The notes: a model not told the origin generated them from the sequence alone. A stretch of DNA of 18,284 bases from Chthonomonadales bacterium (GCA_038217285.1 JBBQPO010000113.1:1-18284); one strand, 5' to 3'; shown: positions 7,623-15,521, counted from the stretch's first letter. Numbers and translations are program-made.

Positions 7623-9236
7623 TCAGTCGGTGGCCTCGCATCCGTGTCGCAACACACGCGCGCCGCCCTCTGCTTCCGGCGCGATCACCGCCGTGATGCG
7701 GACGTGGGCCTCCAGGCGCGTTGTGGCCGTTGGGATCCACTCTCTGCCGCCCTCCCGAAAGTTTACCAGGATGCAGCCTGCGGGCAGCCCTAACTCTCGT
7801 ACCTCGCGCCCCTCGAAGGGAGAGCCGGGCTCCACTTCCAGTTCCAGTACCATCGGTTCCGTGGGATCGGGCGGCGCTCCGCCGCGCCGCAGGTCGCGCT
7901 CCAGCAGCTCTTCATAGATAGGGAGTTGCCCCAGGCCTTCCGCGACAATATAGGCGCAGAAACAGGCTACCAGCAGAGGCAGCATCTGCGCATAGTTGCC
8001 TGTCATCTCGATGATCAGCACGATCCCCGTCAGCGGAGCGCGCACGATGGCCGTGAAATAAGCGGCCATGCCGACGACCGCGAAGATCGCCGGATTCGGA
8101 ACCAGATGCGGCACGAGCAGATGAGTCGTCTCCCCGCAGCCCAGGCCGATCAGCGCTCCCAGCACCAGCAGCGGCGCGAAGATGCCCCCCGGTGCTCCGG
8201 TGCCGTAGCTCGCCATCGACAGGACAAACCGCAGTGCAAACCAGGCTGGGATCATCGCGAGCGCCGTACGGCCGTCCAGAAACCGCTCTGCCAGATCGTG
8301 CCCGCCGCCGACCGCCGCAGGCGAGAACCAGGCGACACCTCCCACGACAGCGCCGACGGCACCGGCCGCCAGAATCGCGAGACGCGGCGGCACTCTTGCA
8401 AAGAGTTGAATCGTTGCGATCAGGCTCCGGTTATAGACGACGCCCAGCAGACCGCAGAGGAGCCCCAGCACAATAAAGGCGGGCAGGACCGTGAGATTGG
8501 GAACGGGATAGGTCGGAACCCGAAACACGGGAAACTGCCCCGATGCGAACCGCGCCACGATGTCCGCCGTCGCCGCCGCGAGGAAGGCCGCGCCGAATAC
8601 AGCCTGTCGGAAATCCTTCTGGACCTCTTCGAGCACAAAGATCAAACCGGCGAGCGGCGCATTGAAAGCGGCTGCCAGCCCTGCACCTGCTCCTGCAGCG
8701 ATCAGGACCAGACGGTCGCGGCGGCTGACCTGAAGCCACTCCGAGACGGCGGCCCCCACGGCGCCGCCCATCTGCACCGTCGGCCCTTCGCGCCCCAGCA
8801 CCAGTCCACTGCTGAGCGCCAGCGCCCCACCGCAAAACTTGACGCCCAGCACCCGTTTCCACTCCAGGGTTCGATAGCGATGGAGCACCGCCTCCAGATG
8901 CGGGATTCCGCTGCCGGAAGCCTCTGGTGCGATGTGGCGGACGAGAAAGACCGATAAGGCCGCTCCACCCCCTCCGAAGAGCAGGGCAAAGATCCACCCG
9001 AAAACAGGATGGAGATGCGCCCAGGCGAGCATCGCATTCCGCAGACTGTCCCCCCAGGCAAGAACAATCCGAAAAGCGACCGCGAGCAGTCCCGCCAGCA
9101 ACCCTACCAGCGCGGCACGCGGAAAAAGTCTGCGCCGTGTCTGCCGGACGTGCAGATACTCCTGCACCTCGGAGCGTACCTGCGAATCTTTCAACGGATC
9201 TATCACAGGAGTCGTCTCTTCACGAACCTCATCCAT
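7623..9236 (-). CDS. clcA: ClC-family H+/Cl- exchange transporter with a C-terminal TrkA-C/RCK-C domain
   Basis: Signature motifs GSGIP, GREGP (gating Glu), FVLEEV (proton Glu), GGIFAP and PIYE. Tail ELEVEPGSPFEGREVRELGLPAGCILV is RCK-C-like. Confidence 0.93.
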   Translation of the reverse strand: MDEVREETTPVIDPLKDSQVRSEVQEYLHVRQTRRRLFPRAALVGLLAGLLAVAFRIVLAWGDSLRNAMLAWAHLHPVFGWIFALLFGGGGAALSVFLVRHIAPEASGSGIPHLEAVLHRYRTLEWKRVLGVKFCGGALALSSGLVLGREGPTVQMGGAVGAAVSEWLQVSRRDRLVLIAAGAGAGLAAAFNAPLAGLIFVLEEVQKDFRQAVFGAAFLAAATADIVARFASGQFPVFRVPTYPVPNLTVLPAFIVLGLLCGLLGVVYNRSLIATIQLFARVPPRLAILAAGAVGAVVGGVAWFSPAAVGGGHDLAERFLDGRTALAMIPAWFALRFVLSMASYGTGAPGGIFAPLLVLGALIGLGCGETTHLLVPHLVPNPAIFAVVGMAAYFTAIVRAPLTGIVLIIEMTGNYAQMLPLLVACFCAYIVAEGLGQLPIYEELLERDLRRGGAPPDPTEPMVLELEVEPGSPFEGREVRELGLPAGCILVNFREGGREWIPTATTRLEAHVRITAVIAPEAEGGARVLRHGCEATD

Positions 9237-9552
9237 CTACGTCTTCCCTATCTTCCTTCTCAGTCGGATCCTCCGCAACACCTTACAGTGTACACCCCAC
9301 GCAGACCTACTTGATCAGATCAAGAATAGGGCGGATGCGGGAACCCTAACCCTCCTAGATACGGAAATCAGTCTATTGTGTCGCAGTAACGGCGATATCG
9401 AAGGAGAGCAGGACCGCCAGGGGAGGAACGGGGGCTGCGAATGAGGGAACATAGAGAAGAATTTGAACGTCCGTCCCGGTACTATCTGAGAAACGAGAAA
9501 CGGATCCTTGAACAAACTTGCGAAACTCGCGGGAGAAAGTACAGCGGCCATT

Positions 9553-9780
9553 ATGATATCCGACCACCAGATGTTTATGCTGTTGCTCAACTCCATCGGC
9601 CTGGGCATTATTCTCGTCATCGCCACTTTCTATGAGGTCAAATATCTCAGTGAATATGCCGGACTGGATGTCCTTGAGGCTGAGGATGCCGACGACAAAG
9701 ACGGCTCGCCCGAGAGCATCAAGCCGAAACCGCATAAGAAGAAGATCGTCTCCAATAAGGAGACAGCGTGGAGCTATTAG
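9553..9780 (+). CDS. Small single-TM hypothetical protein (~75 aa)
   Basis: MISDHQMFMLLLNSIGLGIILVIATFYEVKYL followed by a charged tail. Its 3' end overlaps the PLD gene start. Start uncertain. Confidence 0.5.
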   Translation: MISDHQMFMLLLNSIGLGIILVIATFYEVKYLSEYAGLDVLEAEDADDKDGSPESIKPKPHKKKIVSNKETAWSY

Positions 9781-10292
9781 TACAACCTGGCACTGGAATC
9801 AAGCCGTTGCTGGACGGGATCGACAAGGCCGAGCATACCATTCAGATAGTTATTTTTCGGTTTGATCGCGGTGAGATCGAGGCCGCTCTCACACGTGCCG
9901 CCCGGCGCGGTGTCTTCGTGCATGCCCTGGTCGCCTTTACGAGCCAGGGACAGGGGGGCGAACAGACGCTGCGCAGCCTGGAGATGCGCCTGCTCGCGGA
10001 TGGCGTCAGCGTGGCCCGCACCGCGACCGACCTGGTGCGTTACCACGACAAGCTGATGATGATCGACCAGAAGACCCTCTACATGCTGGGCTTCAACTAT
10101 ACCTACATCGATATCGAGCGCAGCCGCAGTTTCGGCATCGTCACGCAGAAACCGGAGTGGGTGAAAGAGGCGATCAAGAGCGCGATTTTGGAAGCCATCG
10201 AAGAGTCCCCGTCTGCGAAGCTTGTCAAGGAAGTGGTGAAGGAGGCGGCGCGGGAAGCCGTGCGCGAAGTCACCCAGCAGCCCGTTCCATGA
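9768..10292 (+). CDS. Phospholipase D-like protein with a single HKD motif; probably internally deleted
   Basis: AAGGAG RBS with GTG start. IDKAEHTIQIVIFRF, AARRGVFV and HDKLMMID (HxKxxxxD)...LGFNYT, followed by a low-complexity VKEA-repeat tail. Confidence 0.8.
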   Translation: MELLVQPGTGIKPLLDGIDKAEHTIQIVIFRFDRGEIEAALTRAARRGVFVHALVAFTSQGQGGEQTLRSLEMRLLADGVSVARTATDLVRYHDKLMMIDQKTLYMLGFNYTYIDIERSRSFGIVTQKPEWVKEAIKSAILEAIEESPSAKLVKEVVKEAAREAVREVTQQPVP

Positions 10293-11359
10293 GGGTGAGG
10301 AGGCTCCATCGGATTATGACCCACGGCCCAGAAAAACGTCGTCAGTTCGCTTTCATACCGGCGGCACTGCTCCTGGTGATGCTGCTTCTGAGCATCCGGC
10401 TCTTCGGCAAACCTCCGCAGAGCGGAAGCCATCCTGTTGCGGAAGCACAGAACAGCGGCAACGTCGGGGTGGTGGAGATCCCGGACGTCTCCGGTTTCCA
10501 GCAGGTGGTGGCCCTCAGCGACCCGCACGGTATGGCCGACAACCTGACGCATCTCCTCGCCGCCTGCAAACTCATCACCTCCGACGACCACTGGCTTGCC
10601 GACCGTACCCTGCTGCTGGTCGTCGGCGACTCCATCGACAAAGGCCCCCAGAGCCTGGAAGTTCTCGACCTGTGGCGGACCTTGAGCCTGGAAGCGCCCC
10701 ACAGTGGCAGCCGTATCGTCGTGCTGCTGGGCAACCACGAGGCCGAGTTCCTCGCCGATCCCACCAATAAAAAAGCGGCGACTCTACGGGATGAGTTGCA
10801 GGCAAAGGGGATGGATATACGGGAACTGATCGATCCCTCACGCCCCCGCGCCCGGTTCCTGCGCGATATGCCCCTGGCGGCCCGCGTCGGCAAGCACTGG
10901 CTCTTCTGCCACGCCGGCTGGATACCCTCCATGCCCTACGCCGACTTTGTCGCAAAAGCGCAGTCGGTGCTTCGGGCGGGCGACTACGGCAACGATTTTC
11001 TCATCGGCCCGGAATCGATCCTCGAAAAGCGCAGTGGCCGCGACGGGCAGAAGTGGTGGGAAGACGACGCAGATGTGCAGGATTTGGAAGGCCGACTCAC
11101 CAAAGACGGACTCTACGGCGTCGTTTTCGGGCATCAGCCGGAAGCCTTCGGCCTCACCGGAGCGATCGGACCCTTCAGCCCAAAAGACGTCCGCCTCCTT
11201 AAAATCGACAGCGGAATGGCCCCGGAAGCCGGCGGCTATCCCGGCCACCTCCTGCAGTTCACGGTCCCGGACGAACTGACCCATGATAAACGCCCGGCAC
11301 ACATCTTCTCCTCAGGTTTTGATCGCGACCATCCCGAACTCCGAACCATTTCTCTTTAA
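10289..11359 (+). CDS. Calcineurin-like metallophosphoesterase (Shewanella-like/ApaH-related) with an N-terminal signal or anchor
   Basis: SDPHG, GDSIDKG, GNHE, CHAG, VFGH and KIDSG motifs; hydrophobic N-terminal segment. ATGA overlap with the PLD stop; alternative start at ATG 10316. Confidence 0.88.
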   Translation: MRVRRLHRIMTHGPEKRRQFAFIPAALLLVMLLLSIRLFGKPPQSGSHPVAEAQNSGNVGVVEIPDVSGFQQVVALSDPHGMADNLTHLLAACKLITSDDHWLADRTLLLVVGDSIDKGPQSLEVLDLWRTLSLEAPHSGSRIVVLLGNHEAEFLADPTNKKAATLRDELQAKGMDIRELIDPSRPRARFLRDMPLAARVGKHWLFCHAGWIPSMPYADFVAKAQSVLRAGDYGNDFLIGPESILEKRSGRDGQKWWEDDADVQDLEGRLTKDGLYGVVFGHQPEAFGLTGAIGPFSPKDVRLLKIDSGMAPEAGGYPGHLLQFTVPDELTHDKRPAHIFSSGFDRDHPELRTISL

Positions 11360-11585
11360 CACATTTGAAGGTATACTGACTCATGGTACGTCGATCATGT
11401 CTGCCGCCGCTTACAGGCGGGCCGCAGACCTTCCACGTAGCCGCTCCTTGTGCATGGATCAGATACTCGACGACGAGGCAGACGTAACATTCCTTTAGTA
11501 TGGCTCCTTGTACGGATATAGGAGCACGGTTCTTCAACCTGGCAGAACGCAACCAATGCCAATTCACCTCGGAAGGATTGAAAGA

Positions 11586-12431
11586 ATGATTTCGGACCCC
11601 CGCCACTCTCGGAGTAGACACGCGTTCACGCTTATCGAACTGCTTGTCGTCATCGCCATCATCGCTATTCTTGCTGCCATCCTCTTCCCTGTCTTCGCGC
11701 AGGCGCGTGAAAAGGCCCGACAGACCTCCTGTCTTAGCAACCTCAAGCAGATCGGCATCGCACTGACGATGTATCAGTCGGACTACGACAGTATGTATCC
11801 GCCGTCGCAGTTGGGGACTGGTACGAACATCGTCTCCTGGCCAACCATGATTCAGCCGTATATCAAGAACGAACAGGTATTCGTCTGCCCGTCTACCTCT
11901 CCGGGGACTTTTGGCGTTGACACCAACTTCATGGTCACTTCCACGAAGCAGTACACCGGCCGGACGAGAACGGCCGTCTCGTTCGGGATTCTAACTGCTG
12001 GAGACGGTACCAACGCTCAACCCTTCCTGGTAAATGCGCTCTCCTACGGGCGCAACCTCATCCCCGACACGACAGCCGCCTGGAAAACCCCCAACTTCAA
12101 AACGGTGAATAATTCGAAAAGCGGCTTCGTGACGACAGGAACGACGCTTTCCGTCATCGAGGCTCAGATTGAAGAACCATCGAACACGATTCATATCTGC
12201 GATTCGATGACTGGCAGCGCCGGCGGCGATCCTACGGTGCAGGGAAACAGCATTCGGGGTATTCAGAGTGAAGATCGCACCGACCATTTCAAGACTGATA
12301 CCGCTTCCAAAGTCTCCTACCGGCATGCAGGCGGGTTCGAGGCGCTCTTCGGAGACGGTCACGCCAAATACCGCAAATGGGGGTCTACCACCCCCTGCGA
12401 GTGGACCATTCAGGCCGACACCTGCCCCTGA
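11586..12431 (+). CDS. Prepilin-type N-terminal cleavage/methylation protein with a DUF1559-like region and H-X9-DG C-terminal motif
   Basis: [75 protein letters not shown] upstream of ATG 11586. Confidence 0.92.
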   Translation: MISDPRHSRSRHAFTLIELLVVIAIIAILAAILFPVFAQAREKARQTSCLSNLKQIGIALTMYQSDYDSMYPPSQLGTGTNIVSWPTMIQPYIKNEQVFVCPSTSPGTFGVDTNFMVTSTKQYTGRTRTAVSFGILTAGDGTNAQPFLVNALSYGRNLIPDTTAAWKTPNFKTVNNSKSGFVTTGTTLSVIEAQIEEPSNTIHICDSMTGSAGGDPTVQGNSIRGIQSEDRTDHFKTDTASKVSYRHAGGFEALFGDGHAKYRKWGSTTPCEWTIQADTCP

Positions 12432-12456
12432 TTTCAGGGAAGAGGTTGGAGTTCAA

Positions 12457-12491
12457 AAAGGCGAGGGGAGGACTATCCTTCCCTCGCCTTT
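12457..12491 (+). terminator. Intrinsic terminator-like hairpin after the prepilin-type gene (possibly bidirectional)
   Basis: AAAGGCGAGGGGAGGA-cta-TCCTTCCCTCGCCTTT inverted repeat ~25 nt after the stop codon. Confidence 0.75.
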
Positions 12492-12557
12492 GCCTGTCCG
12501 GTGCGAAAGGAAAACTCCGGCACTCAAAAATATTTTCAAAATAGTGGGGGAAACCCC

Positions 12558-12586
12558 TTGTCAAGTCTGCCTAGACATGTTATAAT
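12558..12586 (+). promoter_or_regulatory. Near-consensus sigma70 promoter with extended -10
   Basis: TTGTCA (12558-12563), 17-nt spacer, TGt-TATAAT (12578-12586), preceded by an AT-rich UP-like tract (AAAAATATTTTCAAAAT). Confidence 0.85.
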
Positions 12587-12905
12587 AGATCTATGCACGG
12601 AGAGACTTGTAGTTGGCGGCAATTCGTTCTTGTAAACCCGCGTTCTCGTGCCTTTCGTAGAGTTTGACGTTCTGAGAGAGCCGCCGTTGTAATTTCTTCT
12701 CTGTCGGCATTGTGCAGTAAAATTTATTTTGTCTAGTGTGAACATACAGAGCGTTGAGCCCGTCTAATGAAGTAGGATCGGAAAATTCGCCGCTCTCACC
12801 CACAAAATTTAAAGTTGTGTTACACCGGCGCGGGGGGCGTACGGGTAGCCAATCCGGACAGACACTACGCAAGTACTGGGCAACCAGCGTCTCGAAGGAA
12901 AAACC

Positions 12906-12948
12906 GGGCGGAGCAACTCTGGGGGGATGTTGCTCCGCCCACCATTTT
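12906..12948 (+). terminator. 12-bp GC-rich hairpin with a short U-tract (terminator, attenuator or internal RNA domain)
   Basis: GGGCGGAGCAAC-N11-GTTGCTCCGCCC followed by ACCATTTT. Confidence 0.55.
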
Positions 12949-12965
12949 GTCTGGCCGAAGATGCG

Positions 12966-13020
12966 ATTACCTACGCGAGGTGGAAAAGGAATTTCTACCT
13001 CGCGTAGGTAATTTCTAATT
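12966..13020 (+). terminator. 21-bp inverted repeat followed by a T-rich tract
   Basis: ATTACCTACGCGAGGTGGAAA-aggaa-TTTCTACCTCGCGTAGGTAAT (one G-U pair), then TTCTAATTT. Confidence 0.65.
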
Positions 13021-13041
13021 TGGCGGAGGAGACAAGAGACA

Positions 13042-14046
13042 ATGACAATCGCAAATGCGCGTGCAATAGATCTGGCAGAGCTGCCGATGCGTATCGCCGT
13101 CGGGCAGTTCAACGATCTGACGGAGGAGCACCTTGCCTTCGCCCGACAGGTCGGAGCCGAGGATCTGCAGTTGAATACGCCCAGGTTGCCGGGCGAAGAG
13201 CGCTGGGAGTTCGAGGATCTGCGGGCGCTGCGAGAGCGCGCCGAAGCGTCCGATCTGCGCCTTATCGCGCTGGAGAACGTACCAGTGCGCTTCTACGATA
13301 AGATCATGACGGGGGCAGAGGGCCGTGAGAAGCAGTTGGACAACATGATCGCCACGATCCGCAATATGGGGAAGGCGGGCATTCCAATTCTGGGTTATCA
13401 CTGGATGCCGAATGGCGTCTGGCGCACCTCGTTCGAGACGAAGGTGCGGGGTGGAGCGGTCTCTAATGAGTTTGTGTACGAGGAGGTCAAAGACGCGCCT
13501 TTCACGCACGGACGATTGTATACTGCCGAGGAGATGTGGGCGAACTACGACTGGTACATGACGCGCATCCTGCCCGCCTGCGAGGAGGCCGGTGTGCGGA
13601 TGGCCCTGCATCCCGACGATCCGCCCGTGCCGATGCTGGGAGGGGTGGCCCGTCTGTTCACGAATTTCGAGGGATTTCGACGCGCCATGGAGACGCACCC
13701 GAGCCCCATGCATGGCCTGGATTTCTGTCACGGCTGCTGGTCGGAGATGCGAGGCGGCGAGGGCGTTCTCGAAGCCATCGAATGGTTCGGTGCCCGCGGA
13801 CGGCTTTTCTATGTCCACCTGCGCGATGTGCAGGGCTGCGCCACAGATTTCGAGGAATGTTTCGTCGACGAGGGGAACAGCGACATCGTCGCCGTCATCA
13901 AGCAACTGCGCGCCGTAGGCTTTCAGGGCTTCCTTCTGGACGATCATGTGCCGCATCTCGTGAACGATTCGCCGTATGGTCATCGTGGACGCGCCTATGC
14001 CATCGGCTATATTCGCGGCCTTCTCCGTGCGATTCCCGCCGACTGA
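13042..14046 (+). CDS. uxuA: Mannonate dehydratase (UxuA) family protein
   Basis: GGAGGAG RBS. IRNMGKAGIPILGYHWMP, MALHPDDPP, GLDFCHGC, YVHLRDV, DDHVP and YAIGYIRGLL are characteristic of UxuA. Confidence 0.88.
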   Translation: MTIANARAIDLAELPMRIAVGQFNDLTEEHLAFARQVGAEDLQLNTPRLPGEERWEFEDLRALRERAEASDLRLIALENVPVRFYDKIMTGAEGREKQLDNMIATIRNMGKAGIPILGYHWMPNGVWRTSFETKVRGGAVSNEFVYEEVKDAPFTHGRLYTAEEMWANYDWYMTRILPACEEAGVRMALHPDDPPVPMLGGVARLFTNFEGFRRAMETHPSPMHGLDFCHGCWSEMRGGEGVLEAIEWFGARGRLFYVHLRDVQGCATDFEECFVDEGNSDIVAVIKQLRAVGFQGFLLDDHVPHLVNDSPYGHRGRAYAIGYIRGLLRAIPAD

Positions 14047-14072
14047 CGTGTCCAAAGGACTGCCAGACTGGG

Positions 14073-14264
14073 TCAGCGGCGCAGGCCGAGGCCTGAGAAC
14101 AGGCATACGAGGCCGATGATAAGGCAGATGACGGCGTTTTCCGTCGCGCCGTTCAGACCCTGCGGCATGGTACCGAGTAGATTGCTCGTGACCGATAAAA
14201 CGATGCCGATCACCAGGAAGACGGCTCCGAGGACAAGCAGCAACTTCGCCAGAGTGTTGGACAT
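14073..14264 (-). CDS. Small 2-TM membrane protein (63 aa)
   Basis: AAGGAG RBS; MSNTLAKLLLVLGAVFLVIGIVLSV...AVICLIIGLVCLFSGLGLRR. Confidence 0.75.
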   Translation of the reverse strand: MSNTLAKLLLVLGAVFLVIGIVLSVTSNLLGTMPQGLNGATENAVICLIIGLVCLFSGLGLRR

Positions 14265-14399
14265 CGTATGATTTCTCCTTACGGACAGTGCAGTATTCCC
14301 TGGTAACATTCGTCTTCTGCGCCAAAACTCCTCTGCCTATCGCCGCTTTCCCTGTAAGAACACCTCTGGAACTTCTTCGAGATGCCGGCTTAAGGGGCT

Positions 14400-15326
14400 C
14401 TAACGCAGGAGGCGGGATAGATTCCACCCGACGACGGCGATGACGGCGACGATAAGCAGCATCAGAATGAACCGTAGAGAGCGGTTGGGAAGGGTGTGCG
14501 TGGTGAGGGCGCCGAGTTGTGTGCCTATGGAGGAGCCCGCCAGAATTACCATGGCCAGTTTCAGGCTCACGTAGCCGTGCAGGGCCTGCTCGAAGGTGCC
14601 CAGAGCCACAGTGAAAAAGAGAAGCAGAATGCCTGTTCCCGCCGCATTGCGTGCAGAAAGGCCAAATCCATACATTAGGATCGGCGTGAAGAGAACCCCG
14701 CCGCCGATGCCCATGGTGCCGGAAGCCACCCCGAGAACAAAGCCCAGGTAACACATCATGGGAACCGAAACCTGCGTGAGCTGCACATTCGGGAGATCGA
14801 TATACGGCGGGATGCGAATGCGGGTCACCAGCGGGCCGGGAACGGTGACATCGCCGCGTGGCTGCAACTGGCGTCGTGTCTGCCAGACGTCGCGTAGAAT
14901 GAACAGCGCGGTACACGACAACAGCAGGATAAACAGCACATCCAGGACCACCTGGACGGCCGGGACCGCCGCTCCGTGGCCGATCCTCCAGCGACCCAGA
15001 TGATTGAGATAGCCCAGAATGCGCGTTCCGGCATCAACACCCAGCAGGCTGCCGCCCAGCATCACGAGATCGATGCGCGGCTCGCCTCGCTTTAGATGAC
15101 GATACCGCAGAAAGGAGGCAATAGAGGTGCCGCACGTCTGGCACAGTGCGGACCCGACCGCGATGGGGGCGGGAACTCCAAACCCATACATCAGCGTCGG
15201 CGTCAGGAGAAAGCCGCCTCCCATACCGAACATTCCCGCAATGAAGCCGACGATAAGTCCGACTAGCCCGAGTGTTGGGAGAGAAACCGCATGGCCTAAC
15301 CCGATGCCAAGTCTTGCTTCGAGCAA
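14400..15326 (-). CDS. Sulfite exporter TauE/SafE (TSUP) family permease
   Basis: Duplicated motifs GFIAGMFGMGGGFLLTP and GVASGTMGIGGGVLFTP, with AVGSAL/AAGTG. AGGAG RBS before the TTG start. Confidence 0.92.
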   Translation of the reverse strand: MLEARLGIGLGHAVSLPTLGLVGLIVGFIAGMFGMGGGFLLTPTLMYGFGVPAPIAVGSALCQTCGTSIASFLRYRHLKRGEPRIDLVMLGGSLLGVDAGTRILGYLNHLGRWRIGHGAAVPAVQVVLDVLFILLLSCTALFILRDVWQTRRQLQPRGDVTVPGPLVTRIRIPPYIDLPNVQLTQVSVPMMCYLGFVLGVASGTMGIGGGVLFTPILMYGFGLSARNAAGTGILLLFFTVALGTFEQALHGYVSLKLAMVILAGSSIGTQLGALTTHTLPNRSLRFILMLLIVAVIAVVGWNLSRLLR

Positions 15327-15350
15327 ACTGTACTCTCCTGCGTTTCCCGC

Positions 15351-15521
15351 CTAAATGTGATAGTCGATCGGGGGGGAAGGCGTCACCTCGGCGTCCGGAG
15401 ATCCGATGCGACGCTTCTGAACCAGGCGTTCCACGCGATTGGCGGCCCACACCACGAGCAGTCCCCAGACGACCGGAGTCACGACGCATGCCACGGCATA
15501 ACCGATGAGCTTCCACTGCAT
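15351..15521 (-). CDS. Small single-TM protein (56 aa), not in the ORF track
   Basis: GAGGAGGAGAGGGA directly before ATG; MQWKLIGYAVACVVTPVVWGLLVVWAANRVERLVQKRRIGSPDAEVTPSPPIDYHI*. Ends 24 nt before the TauE start. Confidence 0.75.
   Translation of the reverse strand: MQWKLIGYAVACVVTPVVWGLLVVWAANRVERLVQKRRIGSPDAEVTPSPPIDYHI

Larger units (their letters stand above)
12593..13020 (+). ncRNA. Putative unclassified structured RNA or long 5' leader (~430 nt)
   Basis: Bounded by a strong promoter and a 21-bp hairpin; no credible protein ORF; several long G-U-containing stems and two adjacent GCAA-tetraloop hairpins. Confidence 0.55.

Noticed and set aside
9237-9500. Fluoride riboswitch or CLC-F assignment for the ClC gene
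   Set aside because: The protein has chloride-type GSGIP/GREGP/Y motifs rather than GNNLI/GREGT, and no crcB-motif consensus is visible upstream.
12762-12790. Hammerhead-like CTAATGA...GAAA core
   Set aside because: Deviates from CTGANGA, and the required three-stem arrangement is not evident.
12593-13020. tmRNA (including permuted), RNase P, SRP, 6S or T-box identity for the structured region
   Set aside because: GGGGGCGTACGG and CCACCA occur, but there is no T-loop GGTTCRA or tag-like ORF. GAGGAAAGTCC, the SRP CAGG..GGAAGCAG core and GGTGGNACC are absent, and the region does not form a single ~190-nt rod. A divergent family member cannot be excluded without Infernal.
12591-13112. ORFs 12591..13112(-), 12754..13011(+) and 12815..13018(+)
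   Set aside because: No RBS, atypical composition, and they run through strong hairpins or overlap uxuA.
13015-14916. 633-aa minus-strand ORF
   Set aside because: Arg/His-rich shadow frame overlapping uxuA, the 63-aa gene and tauE; no recognisable motifs.
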